Positions 53,954 through 62,335 of a stretch of DNA of 64,000 nucleotides are shown one piece after another. The translations under genes were made by a program, and so were the position numbers. The notes beneath the pieces are model-generated. The model did not search any database and was not told where the DNA came from. It saw nothing but the letters and a program-made list of their open reading frames with translations. The stretch comes from Candidatus Omnitrophota bacterium. GTDB taxonomy: Bacteria; Omnitrophota; Gorgyraeia; JAHJTE01. The stretch is from the NCBI GenBank assembly GCA_018830005.1, contig JAHJTE010000003.1, positions 135,674 to 199,673 of the forward strand, given 5' to 3'. How positions within the stretch are numbered: the first letter of the stretch is position 1; every line of letters begins with the position of its first letter.

Positions 53954-55606
53954 ATGAAAGACAAAAAGTGCGCCCTATATATTCGAGTTTCTACCCCCCG
54001 CCAGGCAAGCGTTGAAGACGGCAGCCTCGACGCCCAGGAATCCAAGCTAAAAGCCTACGTCAACTACGAAAACACATCCAAACAAGACAAGTGGAAAATA
54101 AGCGGAACCTACCGAGAAGAAGGACGCAGTGCCAAAGACCTCAAGCGCCCACAATTCCAGCGCATGATGCAAGACATCAACGACGGCAAAATAAACACCA
54201 TAGTCGTCTGGAAAATCGACAGGCTCACCCGCAGCCTCAAAGACTTCTCCAACCTATGGGAAACATTCAAAGACCAAGGCATACAACTCATCAGCCTAAA
54301 CGAAAAATTCGACACAAGCACAGCAATCGGCAGAGCAATGCTCACCATCATCCTCGTCTTCGCTCAACTCGAACGCGAGCAAACCGGAGAAAGAACCTCA
54401 GCCACAATGCAATACCGCGCAGAACAAGGACTCTGGAACGGAGGCAGAATACTCGGCTACGACCTTGATAAAGAAAAAAAGGGCGTGCTCAAAATCAACA
54501 AAGAACAATCCAAACTGATAAACAAAGCTTTCGAGCTATGCATGCAAAAAGGCAGCGCAGGCCAAACCCAACAAATACTTAACGAACTCGGCCACAGAAT
54601 GCCAACATACGAATCACGCAGAGGCAAAAAACACGGCAATACCCTCTTCACAAAACAAGCAGTAATAAGACTTCTGACAAACTCCGCCTATATTGGAAAA
54701 ATCAGTTGGGCCGGCAAACTATACAAAGGAATACAGAAGCCCATCATAGATGCAAAAACATTCGATAAAGTCCAGACAATACTAGGAAAGAACCGTAAAA
54801 CAAGAACCAATGAAAGAGCACCCAAGCAACACGTCTACATCCTCCAGGGCATTCTCAAGTGCGGCAAGTGCGGCTCAATGCTCACTCCAAAAAGCGGCAA
54901 GAACGGCTCCGGACAGCCATACCATTATTATCAATGCACCCAGAACAGCCACATAGGAAAACAAGCGTGCAAAGCCAAATATGTTCCTGCTAAAAGCATT
55001 GAAGACTTTGTTCTCGAAAGAGTCCGCGAGCTGTCAACCAAGCAAGAAGAAATTGACGCAATGATAGAAAGGGCTAGCAAGGCAGGAAACAAACAGATAA
55101 CCCAGCTTGAGGAGAATAAAAAAAGGCTTCTGGCAAAACTTCAAGAAGTCAAAGGCAGGCTCGGAAAGATAGTGGACGCCATAGAGGCCGGACAGGCATT
55201 CAGAACATTCTCTGAACGCGTCAAAACTCTTGAAGAAGAACGCGAAAGCCTAGAAAAAAAGATAGAAGAAACTTCTTTCGAAATAGAAAAAGCCAGTCAG
55301 GAAATACTGAGCGCAGAAACAATGAAGCAAAACTTCCAACAGCTCAGGGACGTAATAGATAAAGCTAATCCTCAGCAACTGAAAGACCTGCTCTACAACA
55401 TCATAGAAGTCATCGAATACCACGAATCAACAGACGACAAATCAACAGGACACCTCAAAATAAGCTACTTCGAACAACCCAACCTCACCATACCCGACCC
55501 CAAAAATACAAAGAGCGAACAACACCCAAATGGGGCATTGTTCGCTCAGAGTATCAAATGGCTCCCCCGCGAGGACTCGAACCTCGGACATGGTGGTTAC
55601 AAGTGA
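53954..55606 (+). CDS. large serine recombinase (resolvase-domain integrase)
   Basis: N-terminal resolvase catalytic domain (YIRVSTPRQ...VWKIDRLTRS). Recombinase domain and zinc ribbon (CGKCGSML...YYQC). Coiled coil. The 3' end overlaps the tRNA 3' exon. Confidence 0.8.
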   Translation: MKDKKCALYIRVSTPRQASVEDGSLDAQESKLKAYVNYENTSKQDKWKISGTYREEGRSAKDLKRPQFQRMMQDINDGKINTIVVWKIDRLTRSLKDFSNLWETFKDQGIQLISLNEKFDTSTAIGRAMLTIILVFAQLEREQTGERTSATMQYRAEQGLWNGGRILGYDLDKEKKGVLKINKEQSKLINKAFELCMQKGSAGQTQQILNELGHRMPTYESRRGKKHGNTLFTKQAVIRLLTNSAYIGKISWAGKLYKGIQKPIIDAKTFDKVQTILGKNRKTRTNERAPKQHVYILQGILKCGKCGSMLTPKSGKNGSGQPYHYYQCTQNSHIGKQACKAKYVPAKSIEDFVLERVRELSTKQEEIDAMIERASKAGNKQITQLEENKKRLLAKLQEVKGRLGKIVDAIEAGQAFRTFSERVKTLEEERESLEKKIEETSFEIEKASQEILSAETMKQNFQQLRDVIDKANPQQLKDLLYNIIEVIEYHESTDDKSTGHLKISYFEQPNLTIPDPKNTKSEQHPNGALFAQSIKWLPREDSNLGHGGYK

Positions 55607-55886
55607 CCCGAAATTACTTTCGGACTTGGACTATATCATTGCCCTCGACTTTACGTTAGGGCAGCGGGTATATAGTCTCTGCACATTTAGGCTCGGCTCT
55701 TTAGCCTCGCACACTTAGCTCAGGATTATCCTTGGTTTTGAGGACTTCCCTGAATTAGCCCGCTTTGTCAACTGCGGTTTCCCGCAGAAGCTGCGCTTTC
55801 TAAATCCCTTGGCTTTACCTCAGGATGTTCATCCGGCTTTGACGGACTCGCACAGCCACCCGCTCTACCAACTGAGCTACAGGGGA
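55559..55886 (-). tRNA. tRNA-Asn(GUU) interrupted by a group I intron; exons 55852-55886 and 55559-55599
   Basis: The reverse complement gives UCCCCUG UA GCUC AGUUGGUA GAGC G GGUGG CUGU|intron|UAA CCACC AUGUC CGAGG UUCGAGU CCUCG CGGGGGA G CCA. Spliced length is 76 nt. The body closely resembles E. coli tRNA-Asn (U1-A72, G73). Confidence 0.8.
55600..55851 (-). ncRNA. group I intron (252 nt) in tRNA anticodon loop
   Basis: Carries the conserved group I elements. P is UGCGGGAAA. Q/P4 is AAUCCUGAGCUAAG. R is GUGCAGAGACUA. S is AUGAUAUAGUCCAAG. CCCUAACGUAAAGUCGAGGG is also present. Very similar to cyanobacterial tRNA-Leu introns. Ends in G, and the 5' exon ends in U. Confidence 0.8.
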
Positions 55887-55977
55887 ATTTTATTCATCAT
55901 TCATATTTAGTATTTCGCTTTAAAAGAACGTTCTACTATTTTATCTGAATGCCCTATTTAGTCAAGAAGAAACCTTC

Positions 55978-56568
55978 TTAGTAGCCGCGGGAGATAATAT
56001 ACAGACGTTCTAAGATAAAACGTATATTATCAAGTGTTATATCCTCTCTTATCCTGTAATTAGGCTTGCTGATGGAAAATTCTTTCTTTGCCCTTAACTG
56101 AGTAAAGCCCCTTGAAAATATATCCCTTATTGCCTGCTTTACTTCTAGTCTGCTCAAGATACTTAAAACCGTGCCTTTATTTTTAGATATGCATAAAAAC
56201 TCTTTATCAAAATCCGGATCACGAGTCTTTATAGCCTGAACCATGCCAAACTTCTTACCAAAACGCATCAGGGATGATTCTTTGCGAATAATAAGATTAA
56301 AGGATGGCCTTTTGTAAAAATAAACATACAAATATGGGGGGCTATGACGACTTGCAGGAATAAGCCAAAGCTTAAAATTTACGCCATTAAATTTCCCTTT
56401 TAAGGTAACCACGGGAAAAATCGAAATTTTACCCGAAAACTCCTTAGCTAAAGACTGTAATATCTTCGACTTCTTCTTACCGGAAGCAAACGCAACGACA
56501 ATCAAAACTACCGCTATGAGCAAAAATGGTAAGAATTCAAAAATAAGATGCATTATTTTCTCATCCAT
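55978..56568 (-). CDS. hypothetical membrane-anchored protein
   Basis: N-terminal TM. Confidence 0.3.
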   Translation of the reverse strand: MDEKIMHLIFEFLPFLLIAVVLIVVAFASGKKKSKILQSLAKEFSGKISIFPVVTLKGKFNGVNFKLWLIPASRHSPPYLYVYFYKRPSFNLIIRKESSLMRFGKKFGMVQAIKTRDPDFDKEFLCISKNKGTVLSILSRLEVKQAIRDIFSRGFTQLRAKKEFSISKPNYRIREDITLDNIRFILERLYIISRGY

Positions 56569-56668
56569 AATGCAATATTATAGGCCTAAAGAATAGAACA
56601 TTCAATTCAAAAAAGCCTATTTATTCTATTTGCCTCAACTATCAGCTAGCAGTATAATACATATTACT

Positions 56669-58144
56669 ATGCGCAAAGTCCTATTCTTAACTACTTTCCT
56701 TGTAATTGCGATTGCCTTGCCACATGCATCCCTTGCGCTGGATATCAAAAATGCTGATTTATCTGGAAGCTGGTATCCGGCTAACAAGCTCATCCTCTCC
56801 CATCAGATTGAAAATTATCTGAAAAAAGCTGAAATTGCTCCGGTTAAGGGAGAGGTAATTGCCATAATCTCTCCCCATGCAGGCATTAAATATTCAGGCC
56901 AGGTGTCAGCTTATGGCTTTAAAGCAGTCAAAGATAAACAGATTAATACTGTTATAGTCGTGGGCTTTAATCATGCCATTGACTATGATGGCATTGCTGT
57001 ATTTGACAAAGATGGAATAAAAACCCCTTTGGGCGTTCTCCATATTGAAAAAGATTTAAGTACTAAACTTATAAATAGCCATAAGAAAATATTTAGTAAA
57101 ATCGATGCATTTCAAAATGAAAATTCTATTGAACTTATATTGCCCTTTATCCAGACTGCCCTGGGGAATCCAAAGGTTGTACTTATTGCTATTGGCAGAC
57201 AAGATCTCAAAAATTGCGAAATTCTAGGCGCGAGCCTTTATCAGGTGTTAAAAGATCGACAAAACTTCCTCATCATAGCAAGCACTGATATGAGCCATTA
57301 TCTTTCATACAACCAAGCAAATGAGACTGATGCAAAGACTATAGATTTAATAAAAAAAATGGAGCCGGAAGAATTATTTTTATCCAGCCACGGGAAAAAC
57401 CGTATGTGCGGAACAGCTAGCGTGGTCTCTACGATGATTGCTGCTAAAAAATTAGGTGCCAATACAGTGCAAATTCTAAAGCAGGCTAACTCAGGAGATG
57501 TCCTCTGGGATAAAAATCGTGTGGTTGGATATCTAAGTGCAGCATTTATAAAAGAGGATAAGAAAAAAATAGCGGAGAATGAAAAAATGGAAGAAAAAGA
57601 ACTCTTAAGCCAAGATCAGAAAAATAAACTCTTAAAACTTGCACGTGATACGATTAGGCATTTCCTTACTACTGGTAAGACCTTGGAAGTTAAAGAAGAT
57701 GATCCTATTCTGAAGCAAACTATGGGCGCTTTTGTCACTTTGCATAAAAAAGGACAACTACGGGGTTGCATTGGAAACATTATCGGGACAAAAGCGTTGT
57801 ATTTAACGGTCAGGGATATGGCGATCGCATCTGCAACTGAGGATCCGCGTTTTAGTTCAGTCACAAAAGATGAGTTGCCCGATATCGACATCGAGATCTC
57901 TGCCTTATCGCCATTAAAAAAGATTACTAATCATGATGAAATAATTCTAGGAAAACACGGTGTGCTTGTTAAGGATTTCTTTAGAAGTGGTGTATATCTG
58001 CCGCAGGTAGCAACCGAAACCGGCTGGACTAAAGAACAATTTATGAGTTCACTCTGCGCTAGTAAAGCAGGAATAGCGCCTGATGCCTGGAAAACTGGTA
58101 AATGCGAAATCTATATCTTCTCTGCAGAGGTATTTAGAGAGTAG
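56669..58144 (+). CDS. AmmeMemoRadiSam system fusion protein: Memo-like (protein B) + AMMECR1 (protein A), with signal peptide
   Basis: Memo motifs (ISPHAGIKYSGQVSAYGF, VVGFNH). C-terminal GAFVTLHKKGQLRGCIGNI (AMMECR1). Start at MRKVLFL with a TATAAT about 10 nt upstream and no SD. Confidence 0.7.
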   Translation: MRKVLFLTTFLVIAIALPHASLALDIKNADLSGSWYPANKLILSHQIENYLKKAEIAPVKGEVIAIISPHAGIKYSGQVSAYGFKAVKDKQINTVIVVGFNHAIDYDGIAVFDKDGIKTPLGVLHIEKDLSTKLINSHKKIFSKIDAFQNENSIELILPFIQTALGNPKVVLIAIGRQDLKNCEILGASLYQVLKDRQNFLIIASTDMSHYLSYNQANETDAKTIDLIKKMEPEELFLSSHGKNRMCGTASVVSTMIAAKKLGANTVQILKQANSGDVLWDKNRVVGYLSAAFIKEDKKKIAENEKMEEKELLSQDQKNKLLKLARDTIRHFLTTGKTLEVKEDDPILKQTMGAFVTLHKKGQLRGCIGNIIGTKALYLTVRDMAIASATEDPRFSSVTKDELPDIDIEISALSPLKKITNHDEIILGKHGVLVKDFFRSGVYLPQVATETGWTKEQFMSSLCASKAGIAPDAWKTGKCEIYIFSAEVFRE

Positions 58145-60456
58145 CCTTTCAGCAATATTAATCCTGCCAAGTTTAATCCCGCAACTAAAAGACATGTCAG
58201 GGGTATCCCAAGCATAGGAATTAAAAATATAGAGGTTAGAATTGCACCTAGACATGAACCAAAAAGATCTATACCATAGGTAAGGCCAGCTGAACGAGAA
58301 ACTCCCAGAGCGTTAGCCTCAAGATTTAAGCTATTGGCTAAAGGAAACTGGAATCCGCCAATAAAACCAGGGATTAGAGGCAATAGCGGAAATATAATAT
58401 TTGAGCCCAGCCAAAAACTAAATCTACCTTTTAGATTTAAAAATAGCCAAAATAGAAGCGGCAGCATTAAAGGATAGATAAATATTGCTATCTGCGTCTT
58501 GGAAAACAATTTATAATTCTCTGTTTTGATTTTGAATGAAATTTCATAATCTTGTTTTTCCAATCTCTTCGTAATACACCAGCTGCCAAAGATTAAACCT
58601 ATCATATAAGAAGTTAAGATAATCCCCAATTTATAATAGACGTATCCGTAGAGAACCTGGAATGAAAGCAAGGTTATAATCTGAAATGTTATTTCCGCAA
58701 AGCCCGTAGTTCCCATACAAGTCAGAACCCCCCAATTAGCAAACCTCCTGCCTTTAATCCTAAACCATATAGGCCAGAGCAGAAGAACATAAATAAATGC
58801 TGTTGCAATATAAATCTTTTTAGGGCTTATAAATTTGAATAGCTTTTTTAAATTATATTTAAAATATGTGTTCCAGAGGACTAAATTATAGTAATAAGCA
58901 ATGGGCTTAAAATCTGTATTGATAGCCCCTGCCTTTGACTGAGCCAACATTTTCTTAAAAGAATCTATCCTTTCTTGGGAGAATTCGCTAAAGAGATAGT
59001 ACTCCCTCACATACCTTGCTTGAATGCTTCTCTTCTTAAGCCTCTCTATCAGGACCTGCCAGTCTAAAGTAAGTATTCCCTTCTTATTTGAAGCAAAAAA
59101 GAAATTTGTCTCACCCGGAGTTATCTCTACTTGAGAAAAAACACTCTCTAAGGTCCTTTCTAATGTAAGGTAAAGTTGCTTCTGCTCTGTGCTGATATAA
59201 TTAGGGTTGGATTGCATCGAAAAACATAAGATTCCATCGGACTTTAGAACATTTTCTGCCTCAGCATAAAATTCTTTAGTATAGAATCTATTAAGCTGGG
59301 CAGTATTGGGAGACGGAAGATTTATAATCACCACATCGTAACTCTCCTTTGACCTCTTGATAAATAACCTTGCATCCATATTCGTTATAATCCTAACCCT
59401 GGGATCATCTAATGCCTCATTCGGCGGAAGAAATTCTCTTGCCAAGCTAATTAGCAAAGGATCTAGCTCAACATAATCTACTCTTTCTACCGGATGTTTT
59501 AATACCTCCTGCAATTGCCCGCTTGAACCACCTCCTATCAGCAAAACCTTTTTAGGATCAGGATGTTGAAGAAGCGGAAGATGAGCCTTGCTTTCACTGC
59601 TAAAGTCATCTGGCACAGTAAAGCTATATAATCCATTGCTAAAAACACTAAAAAGTTCTTTCCTCCTGGTAATGGCGATATTTCCATATACTGAATTTTG
59701 CGATGTCAGAAGTTTGTAATCCCTCCATTGCAGACTTAAGGAGTGCTGACGTAGTAAATATAGCTGGCCTGAGGAAATAAGGAAAATGAATACAATAATA
59801 AGCGCTGCGCAAAAAATAGCCAAAGTCCTCCTCTTGCGCAACAGCAAAAAGGCAGAGAATAAATTCAATATACTAAGTAAAAACATAATGTAGATAGGTG
59901 AAAGCAAGCGGATTAACAAAAGACTGGTTATCAACCCTCCCACAGAAGCTCCTATGGCTTCTAAAATATATACGTAACCAATCTGGCTTGCCCCTCCTCT
60001 AGCAGGACCTGCCTTGATTCCATTAGAATCATCAAGCTCTACGTGAGTCTTATAGGTTTGGCAACCTAAAACAAAAAGAAATCCTCCCAATAGACAAATG
60101 GGTGCTAATAAAATAAAAGTAGCCAAACTCATAGGAAGAACCCCAATAATCTCACCTGGTAAGTAATGTAGCCATAAAGGAACGAGCCTGACTGCTAAAA
60201 CACTTAGAGGCAAGATAAATGCTAATATTATTTCACCCAGGCTTAAAATAACTAACCTTTGACTAATCCGCTCAACCATCCACCTGCCTAGCCCCCAGCT
60301 TCCTAGCGCCATCCAGAATAACCAGCTAGCCAATGTAATACCCAGGGAAAGTTCGTTTCCGTAGAAGACTACCAGAAACTCACGCATCAAGATGATTTGC
60401 CCGGCCATGGCGCTAAAGCCGATTAATATCAAGGCAAAGCTAAGCTGTTTCTTCAT
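58111..60456 (-). CDS. polytopic membrane protein with spermidine-synthase-like domain
   Basis: VLLIGGGSSGQLQEVLKHPVERVDYVELDP...DPRVRII...YDVVIINLPSP...FYTKEFY is a spermidine synthase fold. More than 12 TM. Confidence 0.6.
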   Translation of the reverse strand: MKKQLSFALILIGFSAMAGQIILMREFLVVFYGNELSLGITLASWLFWMALGSWGLGRWMVERISQRLVILSLGEIILAFILPLSVLAVRLVPLWLHYLPGEIIGVLPMSLATFILLAPICLLGGFLFVLGCQTYKTHVELDDSNGIKAGPARGGASQIGYVYILEAIGASVGGLITSLLLIRLLSPIYIMFLLSILNLFSAFLLLRKRRTLAIFCAALIIVFIFLISSGQLYLLRQHSLSLQWRDYKLLTSQNSVYGNIAITRRKELFSVFSNGLYSFTVPDDFSSESKAHLPLLQHPDPKKVLLIGGGSSGQLQEVLKHPVERVDYVELDPLLISLAREFLPPNEALDDPRVRIITNMDARLFIKRSKESYDVVIINLPSPNTAQLNRFYTKEFYAEAENVLKSDGILCFSMQSNPNYISTEQKQLYLTLERTLESVFSQVEITPGETNFFFASNKKGILTLDWQVLIERLKKRSIQARYVREYYLFSEFSQERIDSFKKMLAQSKAGAINTDFKPIAYYYNLVLWNTYFKYNLKKLFKFISPKKIYIATAFIYVLLLWPIWFRIKGRRFANWGVLTCMGTTGFAEITFQIITLLSFQVLYGYVYYKLGIILTSYMIGLIFGSWCITKRLEKQDYEISFKIKTENYKLFSKTQIAIFIYPLMLPLLFWLFLNLKGRFSFWLGSNIIFPLLPLIPGFIGGFQFPLANSLNLEANALGVSRSAGLTYGIDLFGSCLGAILTSIFLIPMLGIPLTCLLVAGLNLAGLILLKGYSLNTSAEKI

Positions 60457-60472
60457 TTATTTAATCCTTATT

Positions 60473-61636
60473 TTACCAAACCCCTGATATGTCTGTTTGA
60501 CAGAATTTGCACTTTCCATTTACAATATTATTCTCTAATATCTTGTAGCCAAGTCTGCGAATCAATAGCTTGCCGTCAGTTGGGCAATATGTGTTTTCAG
60601 CCTCATGTCCAGGTACATTGCCGATATAAACAAACAAAAGCCCTTCTTCCATCGCTACTCTTCTTGCCTCCTCCAGAGTCTTTAGGGGAGTAGGGGAAAT
60701 ATTCTTCAATTTATAAGTAGGATAGAATCTGGAAAAGTGGACAGGGACATCTTTACCTACTTCACTCTTCAACCACTTGCACATCTTTCTTATCGTTGCC
60801 ATATCATCGTTAAGAGAAGGAATTATTAAGTTAGTAATCTCTACATGAACTCTATTCTTTTTAAGAATCTTTATAGTATTTAATACTGTATCCAGATCCC
60901 CTTCTGGAATTTTGCTGTAGAATTCCTGTGTAAAACCTTTCAGGTCAATATTAGCTCCGTCCAGATAAGCTGCGAGTTTCTCTGCCGGCTTGGGGTTAAG
61001 AGATCCGTTGGAGTGATAGATGTTTCTCAGGCCGTGGCTACGTGCAATCTCCGCTGTATCTAACATATATTCGTAGAATATAGATGGCTCACTATAAGTA
61101 TAAGCTATGGTAGGACATCTGTATTTCATGCTGGCTTCAACTGCAGCCTTAGGCGGTAGATATTGATTTGAGGTTTCCTCAGGAGGAAATTGTGAGATCT
61201 GCCAGTTCTGGCAATATTTACATCGGAAATTGCAACCTGCTGTGGCAATAGAGAATGCCAAGGTTGCGGGCAAAAAATGAAACAATGGTTTTTTCTCAAT
61301 GGGATCAACATGTACTGCAGTAGGATTCCCATATACGAGGGTATAGTGTTTACCATCGTGTGGTTCTCTTACCTTACAAAAACCCCTCATTCCATTTTTG
61401 AGCACACAATTCCTCGGACAGAGATGACATTGAATTGTTGTCTCATCTAACTTCTCATAAAACATTGCCTCTTTTGAATTGAGAAAGCCCATGCCTCCTT
61501 TTCCTTCTTCGGCCTGGCTAGATCTGTTCAATAAATCCAGAACTAACGGAGAAACCACAAGACCTGCTCCTGTTAGAAGACAGGCCTTACAAAAATCTCT
61601 ACGGGAAATCACTTTCTCAAATAAAGTTCTATTCAT
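60473..61636 (-). CDS. AmmeMemoRadiSam-system radical SAM enzyme with Tat-like N-terminal signal
   Basis: CNFRCKYCQNW (CxxxCxxC). N-terminal SRRDFCKACLLTGAGLVV. Confidence 0.7.
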   Translation of the reverse strand: MNRTLFEKVISRRDFCKACLLTGAGLVVSPLVLDLLNRSSQAEEGKGGMGFLNSKEAMFYEKLDETTIQCHLCPRNCVLKNGMRGFCKVREPHDGKHYTLVYGNPTAVHVDPIEKKPLFHFLPATLAFSIATAGCNFRCKYCQNWQISQFPPEETSNQYLPPKAAVEASMKYRCPTIAYTYSEPSIFYEYMLDTAEIARSHGLRNIYHSNGSLNPKPAEKLAAYLDGANIDLKGFTQEFYSKIPEGDLDTVLNTIKILKKNRVHVEITNLIIPSLNDDMATIRKMCKWLKSEVGKDVPVHFSRFYPTYKLKNISPTPLKTLEEARRVAMEEGLLFVYIGNVPGHEAENTYCPTDGKLLIRRLGYKILENNIVNGKCKFCQTDISGVW

Positions 61637-61717
61637 GATAGTAAAATCATCCTATCATACTATTCTAATGGGCTTGATTCGAAGTGCTTATAACAATCAG
61701 ATAAGATTTTACTTAAA

Positions 61718-62332
61718 TTAGGCTCTTTCGCTACAAATCTCTTTTCTGTGTTCTAAGGCTTGGCTTATTGTGTGGGAATCTGCGTATTCGATATTACCTC
61801 CCATAGGAATGCCTAAGCCTATACGAGTAATCTTTACGCCGGTGGGTTTAAGAAATTTGGTTAGGTATAAAGCGGTGGTTTCACCCTCTGTATCAGCATC
61901 AGTAGCTATAATCAATTCATTTATCCCCTCTTGCTTTATGCGCTGCAAGAGATCATCAATCTTTAAATCCTCTGGCCCCTTACCTTCAAGAGGAGCAATC
62001 GAACCTAACAATACATGATATCTGCCTTTAAAAGTACCTGCGTTCTCAATAACAGCTACATCATTGGGACCTTCAACAATACAAAGACCGGTTTTGATCC
62101 GAGCCGGGTCCTGACAAATAGAACAGATTTCTTTATCGCTTAAGTTATTACATACCTTGCAGAAACAAATAGATTCCTTTGCCCTTATAATTGCCGAAAC
62201 CAATCTTTTAACTTCGGGACGCACAGAATGCAGTATGTAAAAAGCAATGCGTTGCGCGCTCCTTCTGCCTATCCCAGGCATCTTTACTAATTCCTTGATA
62301 AGATTTTCTAAGGTAGGAGGAAAATTTGCCAT
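61718..62332 (-). CDS. recR: recombination protein RecR
   Basis: HhH (GIGRRSAQRIAFYIL). C4 zinc finger (CFCKVCNNLSDKEICSIC). Toprim. Confidence 0.85.
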   Translation of the reverse strand: MANFPPTLENLIKELVKMPGIGRRSAQRIAFYILHSVRPEVKRLVSAIIRAKESICFCKVCNNLSDKEICSICQDPARIKTGLCIVEGPNDVAVIENAGTFKGRYHVLLGSIAPLEGKGPEDLKIDDLLQRIKQEGINELIIATDADTEGETTALYLTKFLKPTGVKITRIGLGIPMGGNIEYADSHTISQALEHRKEICSERA

Positions 62333-62335
62333 TAT

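Noticed and set aside
55559-55886. Alternative reading of the interrupted tRNA as tRNA-His (GUG) or tRNA-Thr (UGU/GGU)
   Set aside because: GUG would require CCACC directly after the loop, which is absent. The Thr options violate the group I requirement that the 5' exon end in U and the intron end in G. G73 and the overall body match Asn.
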